From an uncultured Pseudomonadota bacterium (GTDB lineage Bacteria; Vulcanimicrobiota; Vulcanimicrobiia; Eremiobacterales; Eremiobacteraceae): a stretch of 64,000 nucleotides of DNA. Both the position numbers and the translations under genes were made by a program. The notes beneath the pieces are model-generated. The model was not told the DNA's origin and made no database searches. It saw only the letters and a list, made by a program, of their open reading frames with translations. Of this stretch, positions 19,721-29,157 are shown one piece after another (position 1 is the stretch's first letter; each line of letters opens with the position of its first letter). The DNA lies in contig CAVTNB010000002.1 of the NCBI GenBank assembly GCA_963736005.1, positions 64,001 through 128,000 on the forward strand. Reading direction: 5' to 3'.

Positions 19721-20277
19721 TGGAACCTACACGCGAACAAGCGTGGGACCTTGTTTGCCAGCACGTCAAAAACCCGGCGCTGCGCCGCCACATGCTGGCG
19801 GTTGAGACGGCCATGCGGTCGTATGCGCGTAAGCTTGGAGCCGATGAAGAGCGTTTCGCCATTGTCGGGCTGCTGCACGACTTCGATTGGGAAATTCACC
19901 CGAGCGTGCAGGAGCATCCCGAACTTGGCTGCCGCATGCTCGAAGATCTCGGGTATCCAGCCGATATCGTGAAAGCCATACGCGGCCATGCGACCTACCT
20001 GGGCGTGCCCCGAGATACCGATGTAGCGCGAGCCTTGTACGCATGCGATGAGCTCAGTGGCTTTCTCACGGCGGTAGCCTACATTCACCCGTCAAAGACG
20101 ATTCGTGAAGTGACCGTAGCATCCGTAAAGAAGAAACTGAAAGACAAACGGTTTGCCGCCAACGTCAACCGCCAGGAAGTTTATGAGGCAGCGCAGGAGT
20201 TTGGGGTGATGCTGGACGAGCACATCGCATTCCTTATCACGGCTTTCACCGAGAACTCCGCCGCTCTCAACCTCTAA
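19720..20277 (+). CDS. HD-domain (HDIG-type) phosphohydrolase
   Basis: H..AVE, GLLHDFD, ACDELSG, KKLKDKRFAANVNR. Confidence 0.88.
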   Translation: MEPTREQAWDLVCQHVKNPALRRHMLAVETAMRSYARKLGADEERFAIVGLLHDFDWEIHPSVQEHPELGCRMLEDLGYPADIVKAIRGHATYLGVPRDTDVARALYACDELSGFLTAVAYIHPSKTIREVTVASVKKKLKDKRFAANVNRQEVYEAAQEFGVMLDEHIAFLITAFTENSAALNL

Positions 20278-20280
20278 TAA

Positions 20281-20329
20281 TGTAGCAGCGGACCTTCAGG
20301 TCCGCTTTGGAGCGCGAATTCATTCGCGC
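20281..20329 (+). repeat. Two adjacent REP-like hairpins (family A 20281-20306, family C 20312-20329)
   Basis: TGTAGCAGCGGACCttcaGGTCCGCT and GCGCGAATtcATTCGCGC. Confidence 0.85.
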
Positions 20330-20343
20330 GTTGGAGAAATAAG

Positions 20344-20817
20344 ATGGAACAAGCAACGTTCGGAGCTGGATGTTTTTGGGGCGTGGAGTCTGCCTTCCGC
20401 CAAATCCCCGGCGTGATCGACGCTAAAGTTGGCTACGAAGGCGGGACGCTCCCAAACCCAACGTATAAAGACGTGTGTTCGAACAAGACCGGTCATGCAG
20501 AGGTCGTGCAGATAACGTTCGATCCAAAGCGTGTGTCCTACGAGGCGCTGCTCGCTGCGTTTTTTGACCTGCACGATCCCACGCAGCTCAATCGCCAAGG
20601 CCCAGACTTCGGCACGCAGTATCGTTCGGTGATTTTCTACCACTCGCCCGCGCAGCAGGCGGCAGCGCAGAAAGCGCTCGCCGAACTCTCAGCCTCCGGC
20701 CGCTACAAGAAACCTATCGTGACGCAGCTCGTGCCGGCGACGACGTTCAACCTCGCTGAAGAGTATCATCAACGATATTTTGAAAAAATGGGGATCGCGC
20801 CGACGTGCCATACATAA
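20344..20817 (+). CDS. msrA: Peptide methionine-S-sulfoxide reductase (cytoplasmic)
   Basis: GCFWG, HDPT..NRQG.D.G.QYRS, AEEYHQ, C-terminal CH. Confidence 0.96.
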   Translation: MEQATFGAGCFWGVESAFRQIPGVIDAKVGYEGGTLPNPTYKDVCSNKTGHAEVVQITFDPKRVSYEALLAAFFDLHDPTQLNRQGPDFGTQYRSVIFYHSPAQQAAAQKALAELSASGRYKKPIVTQLVPATTFNLAEEYHQRYFEKMGIAPTCHT

Positions 20818-20997
20818 CACGCGCCGTGCCTCGGTAGCAAGCTGCCCGACATGTCATCGCCTACGAGTGCTGTATCGAAGGTTGAAGACACGAAACAACA
20901 GGCGCACGCCATATCTAGGTGATACTGGCAAAGCTGCAGAATATCCCGACCGTTTATGCGGAAGAGGGAGCACCTAAGTCATGAAAGCTCTCTATTC

Positions 20998-21324
20998 GTG
21001 AGCGACACGCCACAGGCCCGGCATATCTCCTTCGCGCAGGCAGGCGACCTCTCGTTGCTACGGCTGAAGCATGGCACGATGGCGATAGAGTACTATGCGC
21101 CGCGAGATGTCGACCACCAAACACCCCACATAAAAGATGAGATCTACATCATCATGCACGGGCATGGATGGTTCCGTCATGGCACCGAACGCGTCGCCTT
21201 CGCCGAGGGTGATGCGCTTTTCGTTCCCGCGGGCTTGGATCACAAATTTGAGGAATTTAGCAAAGACTTCGCGACCTGGGTGATCTTTTATGGAGCTGAA
21301 GGCGGCGAACAAACGCGGCGTTGA
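20998..21324 (+). CDS. Cupin-domain protein
   Basis: QTPH..DE.Y, GD.LFVPAG..H.F, DFATWVIFYG. Start uncertain (20956 or GTG 20998). Confidence 0.85.
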   Translation: MSDTPQARHISFAQAGDLSLLRLKHGTMAIEYYAPRDVDHQTPHIKDEIYIIMHGHGWFRHGTERVAFAEGDALFVPAGLDHKFEEFSKDFATWVIFYGAEGGEQTRR

Positions 21325-21335
21325 TATTCCAGCGT

Positions 21336-23267
21336 CTATTTGATTGGTTGCGGTGTGTCCACGTAATCTTCGTACACAAGCCCTTCGGCAATTTCCATCG
21401 ACTCGCCCAGAAGATGGTGCGCCAGCGCCGCGTCCTCGCATGTTTGATTCGCGCTCTTGAGGTTCGCCAAGACATCACTGACCTGGGAGTGAGTGTCGAA
21501 CGCATACCAGGAGGCGCAGGCGATCTCGCCCGCCGGAATACCGAGATGGGTTGCTTGCGCGTAACTTGGTGCTCGTTGGCCGGGGAAGCGCGCCTCGAGC
21601 GCATGGGCAAAGGCAGAGTAGCGCTCCGGCGAGGATTCAACATCGAGCAGCGTGGTCTCCACGGAAAGACCGATGGTCTGGGCCGCGTACATTTCGTCTG
21701 ACGCCTGTTGCGCTTTGGCGAGCGCAGCGTCCCAAGCAGTCAAGGCCGGTCCAATATTGGGGGGTCTTGGTGACGCCGTGCCCTGTCGGTGCTCCTGATA
21801 CTGCGGGAGAGTGGCCGGAGTCATCACGTTGGAAAGAATCTGTGTTGCAATCAGCGCTTGCGCGATTGCGGCACGGCTCTGCGCGATGCTATCGAGCAGC
21901 TGATCGTTGGATCTGTTCAAACCGGCAGTCATCGAGGGATAGTATGGAAGCAGCGCTTGGTACTTTGGCGTCAGCGGTGCGTCGTCATCAAACGGCCCCG
22001 TCATCTCGCGCAGTGCATCCTGATTTGGGCCAATCAACCCGGGCGCGGTCGAGACCACATCGCTAATCGCGTCGGCAGTCCCCGACACGTCGGCGTCGAG
22101 GTGTGCCAACATTGCCGCCATCGCACCTCCGCCGCTCGGTCCCCCGGCGCCGCTCGGCTGGGGACCTTGGGGCGATCCTTGGGCCGTCGCCTCCATCGCA
22201 GTCGACACTCTGGTGATTTGCTGCTCTAAATTGTCGAGCTCGCCCGCTCCAATGCGCGCATCATTTTTTGCTTGCGTGAGCGCAGTTTGCGCGTTGGATT
22301 GGGCCACCTTCAGCGCGGCGCTCGCCTCTTTGCGTCGCGGATCGTCCGGAGAAATTGACACCAGCATCACGCGGCTATCGGGCGCCGCGAGGGCTCCGGA
22401 TTCGCGCAGCGCATAATCGAGTTGCGTGACATGCTCTGCCACAAGAGGGCTGCTCGCGTCTTTGAGCTTTCGCAACTTTGCCTGAGCGTAGCTGTAGCGG
22501 CCTTCTTGCTGGTCGTGGATTGCCTGCGCCGTAAGGGCAGCGTCCGTTGGGCGATCGAGCTCTGGATATCCAAGCAAATGCGCCACGCGGTCTTGGGGCA
22601 CGGGGTGATCGATAAAGGCCTTGTCTGCTTTGCTCTCCGGACCGGAGTCCATTGCGCCGAGTTTGGCCATGACGTCGACCGCTGCTTCGGGATCGAAGCC
22701 AGTCTGGTCTGCGAGGCGCATGCCGTAGTGGTCGGCTTGCAACTCGTCGAGGCGCGAAAACTTTTGAGTTGCCATTTCGCCGCCAATATCACCTAAAACG
22801 CCCGCCACCGGCGACACGATCGAGACAAGCGCGGTGAGAATGCCGATGATCGTGCCCTGGTTCGATGACTTCACGACGTGTCGCAGCTCGACGTGACCCA
22901 TCTCGTGCCCCATGGTGGCCGCGAGGTCGTCATCGGAAGAAACGAAGTTCAACAAGCCAATGTCGACGTGGATAAAACCACCCTTCATGGCAAACGCGTT
23001 GATGTCGGGTGTGGCCAAGATCGTGAAGGTGAAGTTGATGTCGCGACGCTGGCGGTGCTGCGCCAACTGGCCTCCGATCGAATTGACCCACGCGACGAGG
23101 AATGGATCCGTTATCTTGATGCTATGGGCATCGACTTCGGCGCTCTCTGCTTTTCCCTGCGCAACTTCTTGCGCTGTCGACAGAGCGAGCGCGGGTAAAG
23201 CAGAGGCCTGACCCAGCGCGGCGATGGCGATGAGAGCGGTAAGGTATCGAGCTAGATGGCGAAGCAC
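21336..23267 (-). CDS. Secreted M48 metallopeptidase with long helical C-terminal extension
   Basis: Signal peptide; INAFA..GG, HEMGH, FSR.DE..AD, DHP....R. Confidence 0.85.
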   Translation of the reverse strand: MLRHLARYLTALIAIAALGQASALPALALSTAQEVAQGKAESAEVDAHSIKITDPFLVAWVNSIGGQLAQHRQRRDINFTFTILATPDINAFAMKGGFIHVDIGLLNFVSSDDDLAATMGHEMGHVELRHVVKSSNQGTIIGILTALVSIVSPVAGVLGDIGGEMATQKFSRLDELQADHYGMRLADQTGFDPEAAVDVMAKLGAMDSGPESKADKAFIDHPVPQDRVAHLLGYPELDRPTDAALTAQAIHDQQEGRYSYAQAKLRKLKDASSPLVAEHVTQLDYALRESGALAAPDSRVMLVSISPDDPRRKEASAALKVAQSNAQTALTQAKNDARIGAGELDNLEQQITRVSTAMEATAQGSPQGPQPSGAGGPSGGGAMAAMLAHLDADVSGTADAISDVVSTAPGLIGPNQDALREMTGPFDDDAPLTPKYQALLPYYPSMTAGLNRSNDQLLDSIAQSRAAIAQALIATQILSNVMTPATLPQYQEHRQGTASPRPPNIGPALTAWDAALAKAQQASDEMYAAQTIGLSVETTLLDVESSPERYSAFAHALEARFPGQRAPSYAQATHLGIPAGEIACASWYAFDTHSQVSDVLANLKSANQTCEDAALAHHLLGESMEIAEGLVYEDYVDTPQPIK

Positions 23268-23377
23268 GGGGACTCTCCCGATTGCGCCATTGCGACGGCT
23301 AGTACCTGCACTTTACTTAATTCTAAAGTGTCAATCTGTGACTGGCCTTAGAAAAATGGCCAAGTGAGAACCAGGAA

Positions 23378-26300
23378 TTACTGCGAGACGATGAGCGTCG
23401 ACGTGCTCGTGCGCCCGAATTCCTCTGGTGCATATTGCAAATGGACGTCAGCACCTGGCCACAAATAACTTCCGGGTGTTACCGAACGCACCAAATAGTG
23501 CAAGGTGTAGACGCCTGCCTCCAGGCGCGAGGCGTACGCGACCACGCGATCTTTGTAAATTGTTTGGTAATCGATTTCCCAAGAATCTCCCATCGCTTCG
23601 AAATACGGCGTCGACGTCTTAAAGGTCGTGTCAACCGCTTCCAATCCTGCGGGCAATTCGTCCGTGATGACCGCATGATCGACGGGGTGGTCGGTGATGA
23701 TTTCAAGGCCCACGTCGTAGATCTCCCCGGGCGCGAGCGTCAGGGGATCGTTCGGCGCATTGAGTCCCATTTTTGCTAACACGGTATCTTTATTGGCCGG
23801 ACGAATTTCACGAGTAATACGCAAGCCGGCAAGCTGACCTGGTTGATTACCTTTCAAACGATAACTGTACGAGACAAAGTAGTGCAGCTGGCCTTTGCCG
23901 GATTTCGCCAACACGAGATCGTTCGAGCCTGCCGGTACGTCCGCCATCGGCACGGTGCGTTGATCGGTTGTGATCTTGTATCCGGTGAAAGATACCGATT
24001 GCAGGGTCTTGCCGCCAAGTGTGGACATCGCGTTGAAATTTGGGGGCTGTGGCATGAGCGCCCCATACGCAATGAGCGCCGAGAGCGCTTCCGCGGTGTC
24101 GTACGAATCCTGCCACGTGCCATTGTGGCGCAGCGCGAGCAAACTAGTCAGCAGCTTGTCAAGCAACGCGGGATCGCTGTTGCGCGCAACATACAAGCGC
24201 AGCGCTTGCGCGCGCATCACTGCCGGCGACGCGAGCCAACCCCACTCCTCTGGATAGTTGATCGTCGCAAAGCGGCCGGTCACATAGATCGTCTCTTGGA
24301 GTTTGTCGGCCATCGCTGTGCCTTGCGGCTGCCAGGCCGGAAAGCGCAACAGGTAGCGCGCCAGTTCCACTTGACCGAGCAAATCGAATCGCTCGCGGTT
24401 GTCGTAAATGTCCGAGAGAAAATCATCGCGGGCCTGGCCGAGGTCGCCAAGTGCGAGCAAGATGTCGAGCCGAACGCGACTCATGCACGGTTCGATGCCG
24501 GAGCACACGTCGGGATCGGCGAGCTTGCGCTTGAGATAGGTCTTGACGCGCGCGACCATTGCCGGATCGACGTTGAGTCCGGCCGCCTGCGCCGCAGCGA
24601 GGCTCTTGGCCGCATACGGGGTCACGAACACGTCGGATTCTGAAGAGCATGGACACCACCCGAAGCCACCGTCGGCCTTCTGCAGCTTCGCCAATTGCGC
24701 TAACGCCGCCGCCGCGCTCGCATTTGCGTTGAACGAACCGAGTGATTGCGCGTAGCGCTGGGCAAGCAGTTTGAGATCCGCACTGACCATGAGTCGGCTC
24801 GCCGCTGGCTCGAGGAATGGCAAGTCGTTCGCATTGAGCACTCCCATCGCGGGGACAGTAACTTCGGGGATCAGCGTGCTCGCCAAGTCAATCTGCAACC
24901 CGCCGCTGTCGCTCGCCACATGAGGATCGACGCGAATGGGAATTGTTGCGCTCGCTTGCGTGACGCCCGACTCGACAATGGACTCCATCACCGAACTCGG
25001 CGTGCGAATATCCAGCGGAACCTGGAAGGCGTCCGTGGCGCCACCGATGCCACTCTTAAAGGTTACCTGCGCCGTGCCAACGCCGGTTGCAAATATCGTA
25101 AAGCGATAGGCGGCGGTGCCTGCTTGCGCTGCGGTCGAAAAATTCGTGGAACTCGTCGCGTTGTTCGCGGACTGGAAGACGAGCGGGCCGGTCAGCGATC
25201 CCAAGATGTCGAGCGTCCCCGAACCCGCTGAAACGTTCGTGACGCTCACGCCCGCTTGCATCGAGTCTCCCGGCCGCGCGAACTGTGGCAACAGCGGATT
25301 GGTGACGAGCGGCTTTGAGGTCACAAAGGTCGTGTCGGCGTTGCCGAAGCGGAAGTCAGTGCTGTCCGATCCAGCAGCCACTGCCACCGCCATCACTCGC
25401 CACGTTGTGAGATCATCCGGTAACCGGAAACTGAATTGGGCACTGCCACTCGCGTCCGTATGCAGCGCGCCATTGTAGTAAGCAAGGGGAGCAAAGTTCG
25501 TGCGCACGCGCGTGCTCGCGGCTCCAGCCAGGAATCCCCCTCCATATCCCCAGCCCTTTTGCAGCGGGGATGCCATCTGCTGGAGGACGACATTCGGTCG
25601 ATTGTCCGCAAAGATGGTCGAGATGAACTGCGGCGCGTACACGGTCTGCACGAGATCAGGCGGCCGGTAGCCGGTGAGTTGCAGCACGGTCTCGTTCACG
25701 ACCATGACGGCAAGCTCTCCTTGGCGTGGCTTGCCTTGCGCGTCGCGCACGGAGAGTCTGACTGTTTGCTGCGCACCTGGTTCGAGGTTCGCGTGCAGCG
25801 GCGACAGCGTCACTTTCAGATACTTGTTGTCGAGATTAATTGCAAACGGAGCAAATCCGGTGCGGACCAAACTGTCGATGCTGCCCGGCGCGAGGCTTCG
25901 CAACGGTTTTCCGCGCCTCACGAGCACGGCTTCCACGGCCGCATTTGGGAGCATGTCGGCGGTCACGCGGAACTTGACCTCCGGTGCACTGCCGCTCACG
26001 CTTTGCACGGCGCTGTAAAGAATCTTATTACGGATCACTGCGAAATAGAGCTGCCCGCTGGGATAGGGTGACTGGATAAGCGCCGTGGCGATGTCGCCCG
26101 TGTGATACGTTGTCCTGTCGAGCTTGACTTGCAAGACGTTGCGATCGTACGCGCCCCAGTCCACCTCGCCGGGACCGGTCACCCAGACCTGGGTATCGGT
26201 GGCCGTTGTGTCATCTTTGGCATCGCCAAAGTTCGCCCGAATTCGATACGGTCCGGCGGCGCTCGGGGCGAGCATCACGCTTTGCGCTGAATCGCCAGAG

Positions 26301-29086
26301 GTGGCTTGCGCGCTTGCCACAGTTTTGTACTGCACCGCATTGACGTCCGTGTCGCTGCCCTCAACGACTTGCGTGGCGTTGCCGTACGTCATCTGCTGTA
26401 GTTCGAACTTGACATCGCGGCCGCGGAGCAACGATCCAGTCGCATCGGAAACGACAAACTTCACCGCGATCGGCTTGCCCGCCGTGCCGACCCAGTCACT
26501 CTGCAAGCCAATCAACGCATCGCCCGGCAACACCGTGAACGTCTTGGAATTTGCGACCGAGAGATTCGAGACATCTACCACTTGCGCGTCGACTTCGTAG
26601 GACAACGGATAGGGCACGCTTGCGTCAACCTTGATCTGCTGCTCGAACTTACCCGTGTCGTTTAACGCCTGCTTTGTTTGCACGACGTCGCTTGAAATCG
26701 ATGGTGGTTGCTCGGGCCAAAACCACTGCCGTCCAAAGGTGTAGTCGTCCCAACCTTTGGGAGAAAATGTTGTCTGCTGGCGCGTGACGTAATAACTGGC
26801 TTGACCTGCGGCCACCGGAGAGCCAAACAGATAGGCGCTCGTAGCCGAGGCAAGCACGGTATCGCCGGCGTAGGCGATATCTTTATCGAGCGTCAGATCT
26901 ACTTTGAAATTGGGCGGCTTGAACTCAGCGACGCGAAAATCACCCGTCACCGTCGCACCGTTGGCAGCCTTGGCAGATACCGAATAATACCCTAACGGCA
27001 AATTTAGGCGTAGCGGCAGCTCGAAAGAAAACATGCCGTAGGAATCGGTCGTGTGTTGGCCGAGATCGCTCTTGCTGCCATCCGGCGCGAGCAGGGTTAC
27101 TCGATACGGCGTACTGCGATCCTGATGCAACACGCCGTTTTGCACGTAGTAGGCGGCGCCCGTAAACTCGGCCTTTTCGCTGGGCTGATAGAGCGAGCGA
27201 TCGGAAAAAATCGCGCCGCGCGACTGAGGATCGCCGCGATCCCACTGGGCATCGATACCGTATCCATACGCACCAGCATAGGGATCCGTGCGCACGTAGG
27301 CCCAATCAGCGCCTTCGCGGGCAATGGCCACCAATGACGGCCCGCCGTAACTCCCGAGGCTGCCTGCGATGCAACGCTGCATCGCATCATAGGGGATGAG
27401 GAACGAGCCGCTCGCGTCCGTCGTACCGGTCGCGCACGGGGCCGCGGGCGAGCTGTAGACTTCGACCTGCGCAGCCGACACGTTCGAGCCATCGGAGAGA
27501 TGCTCCACGCGCACCAACCCTTGCGTTGGAAACCATTGCGCGAACACGCCGAGGTTCGTCAACTGGATGAATCCGTAAAACTTTATCAGCGGCGGGTCTT
27601 GCTGCGTCGTCGCCATGGCACCGTAGGCGAGCAAGCCGGTTGTGCCCCCGAGTTTCTGGCGCAGGGGAATGGCAATGTTCAGCACTTGATTTTTCGCCGC
27701 GTTGACGTGGAGGGCGGGCCAGCGTGAAGGATCAGGCAACATCGACCCATTGGAGTCGTCGGGATATGGGTTATCGTACGCGACGATGTCGCGAGGCTGC
27801 AGCACTCTGAAGGTTGCAAAATACTGAGCATTGACCAGATTCACGGCTGAAATATTTAACTGCAAGTTGTCGTCGGCCGGGAAGATATTCACACCATCAG
27901 GCATCCAAAAATTTGACGTCAGATCGCCGGTGGCGAGCGTGACCGCTTTGGTCGTGCCGAATGTTTGACCAAACGAATCAGTAACGCCCGGACCAACGGT
28001 AATGCGATAGGTCGTTCTTGGCGCAAGCCAGGCAGTATTGACCGTGACGGCGCTATCGCCGTCTGACACTTGCCACAAACCAGCGGTGCTCTGCGGCACG
28101 GGCGCCATCGAGAGATTCTTCTGCACGGAGTCTGCCACGAGCGGGTTGCTGAACTGCAACTGCGGCGAGCCGCCTACATACCGGTCGACGACTTGGGTAT
28201 TGCGACTCAGAGAAAAGTCGAGCACACCAAACGTTTTGATTTGACCGACGAACTGCTGTGTGCTCGGCAGGTTGCCGCGCGCCGGCATCAACCCAGCAGA
28301 TATGACCACGTTGTAGGTCGTGTTCTTGTCCAGCGGCTGCTTGGGAGTGACGAGATATGGCCACGCGCGGACCGAGGCATCGTAGCTCATCTGCGGTTGA
28401 TCTTCGTCATTCGGAGATGGCGTTTGCGATGTGTCCGGTACGATCGTCACGGGCGCCGTGGCTCTGGTGCGCGTGTTGACCAACGTGACGTGGTCGGCGA
28501 GCGACTGCGGATCAAGTTCGACATTTGATTTGAAACGGATCGTCGGCGTCAAACTCACTACTTGCGGTGGATTGCCGAGTGAATCCTGATTCGTCAAGCT
28601 GGGGAGATCTGTTATCTCGAGCGGCGCGGTGGTAAAGGTCCACGAAAGATCGCGGTCGAGCGTGTGACCGGATACATCGCCGAGTCCCGCGTGCACGGTG
28701 ATGCGGATGCGGGTTGCCAGCGGCAGCGCTTGGTCCTGCTGGAAGCCAACCATGCGCGGCGTCAAGAATCGAAAGCGACCAGCCAGTGCAGGATCGATGC
28801 TGAACTGCGCGAGTGCCTGCTGCTGCGACGGATCTTCGATTGCTTGCAGTGGAATGAGCGGATTTCGAAAAATGATGCGAATTTGCGCGAGCGATTTTGC
28901 TTCGCCTTGCGGGCTGATCTGCTCGATCCAGGCTGTCAGCGTGGGCGACGGAACGGGCGACACCGCGGGAAGCGCCCGCTCGGGCGCACCGCCCTTGACC
29001 GTCGCGCACGACGCCATGGCGCAACACAAAACAAGAATATGTAGTGTCGCGAATTTATTCGCGACTGCGCATCGCCTTGGTCTCAT
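23378..29086 (-). CDS. Bacterial alpha-2-macroglobulin family lipoprotein
   Basis: 1902 aa; lipobox MASC, SDRSLYQP, FRVAEFKPP, VRTNF, LPDDLTTWRVMA, D.LPAGLE, Y.VR.VTPG, YAPE.FGR. Confidence 0.93.
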   Translation of the reverse strand: MRPRRCAVANKFATLHILVLCCAMASCATVKGGAPERALPAVSPVPSPTLTAWIEQISPQGEAKSLAQIRIIFRNPLIPLQAIEDPSQQQALAQFSIDPALAGRFRFLTPRMVGFQQDQALPLATRIRITVHAGLGDVSGHTLDRDLSWTFTTAPLEITDLPSLTNQDSLGNPPQVVSLTPTIRFKSNVELDPQSLADHVTLVNTRTRATAPVTIVPDTSQTPSPNDEDQPQMSYDASVRAWPYLVTPKQPLDKNTTYNVVISAGLMPARGNLPSTQQFVGQIKTFGVLDFSLSRNTQVVDRYVGGSPQLQFSNPLVADSVQKNLSMAPVPQSTAGLWQVSDGDSAVTVNTAWLAPRTTYRITVGPGVTDSFGQTFGTTKAVTLATGDLTSNFWMPDGVNIFPADDNLQLNISAVNLVNAQYFATFRVLQPRDIVAYDNPYPDDSNGSMLPDPSRWPALHVNAAKNQVLNIAIPLRQKLGGTTGLLAYGAMATTQQDPPLIKFYGFIQLTNLGVFAQWFPTQGLVRVEHLSDGSNVSAAQVEVYSSPAAPCATGTTDASGSFLIPYDAMQRCIAGSLGSYGGPSLVAIAREGADWAYVRTDPYAGAYGYGIDAQWDRGDPQSRGAIFSDRSLYQPSEKAEFTGAAYYVQNGVLHQDRSTPYRVTLLAPDGSKSDLGQHTTDSYGMFSFELPLRLNLPLGYYSVSAKAANGATVTGDFRVAEFKPPNFKVDLTLDKDIAYAGDTVLASATSAYLFGSPVAAGQASYYVTRQQTTFSPKGWDDYTFGRQWFWPEQPPSISSDVVQTKQALNDTGKFEQQIKVDASVPYPLSYEVDAQVVDVSNLSVANSKTFTVLPGDALIGLQSDWVGTAGKPIAVKFVVSDATGSLLRGRDVKFELQQMTYGNATQVVEGSDTDVNAVQYKTVASAQATSGDSAQSVMLAPSAAGPYRIRANFGDAKDDTTATDTQVWVTGPGEVDWGAYDRNVLQVKLDRTTYHTGDIATALIQSPYPSGQLYFAVIRNKILYSAVQSVSGSAPEVKFRVTADMLPNAAVEAVLVRRGKPLRSLAPGSIDSLVRTGFAPFAINLDNKYLKVTLSPLHANLEPGAQQTVRLSVRDAQGKPRQGELAVMVVNETVLQLTGYRPPDLVQTVYAPQFISTIFADNRPNVVLQQMASPLQKGWGYGGGFLAGAASTRVRTNFAPLAYYNGALHTDASGSAQFSFRLPDDLTTWRVMAVAVAAGSDSTDFRFGNADTTFVTSKPLVTNPLLPQFARPGDSMQAGVSVTNVSAGSGTLDILGSLTGPLVFQSANNATSSTNFSTAAQAGTAAYRFTIFATGVGTAQVTFKSGIGGATDAFQVPLDIRTPSSVMESIVESGVTQASATIPIRVDPHVASDSGGLQIDLASTLIPEVTVPAMGVLNANDLPFLEPAASRLMVSADLKLLAQRYAQSLGSFNANASAAAALAQLAKLQKADGGFGWCPCSSESDVFVTPYAAKSLAAAQAAGLNVDPAMVARVKTYLKRKLADPDVCSGIEPCMSRVRLDILLALGDLGQARDDFLSDIYDNRERFDLLGQVELARYLLRFPAWQPQGTAMADKLQETIYVTGRFATINYPEEWGWLASPAVMRAQALRLYVARNSDPALLDKLLTSLLALRHNGTWQDSYDTAEALSALIAYGALMPQPPNFNAMSTLGGKTLQSVSFTGYKITTDQRTVPMADVPAGSNDLVLAKSGKGQLHYFVSYSYRLKGNQPGQLAGLRITREIRPANKDTVLAKMGLNAPNDPLTLAPGEIYDVGLEIITDHPVDHAVITDELPAGLEAVDTTFKTSTPYFEAMGDSWEIDYQTIYKDRVVAYASRLEAGVYTLHYLVRSVTPGSYLWPGADVHLQYAPEEFGRTSTSTLIVSQ
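29040..29065 (+). repeat. REP-like hairpin, family C, inside the predicted A2M signal peptide
   Basis: TGTAGTGTCGCGAATttATTCGCGAC; compare the minus-strand copy at 61753-61779. Confidence 0.75.
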
Positions 29087-29157
29087 CGCCGTTGGCTCAC
29101 CCCTATACGCCGAAACCCAGGGAGCGATCGGCTCTTAGCCGACCGCGTTTGGCCTGC

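Noticed and set aside
20851..21324. In-frame TGA (20920) upstream of the cupin, with ATG at 20851, as a possible selenoprotein extension
   Set aside because: The extension looks non-protein-like, has no SD, no redox motif and no convincing SECIS, and the cupin is complete without it.
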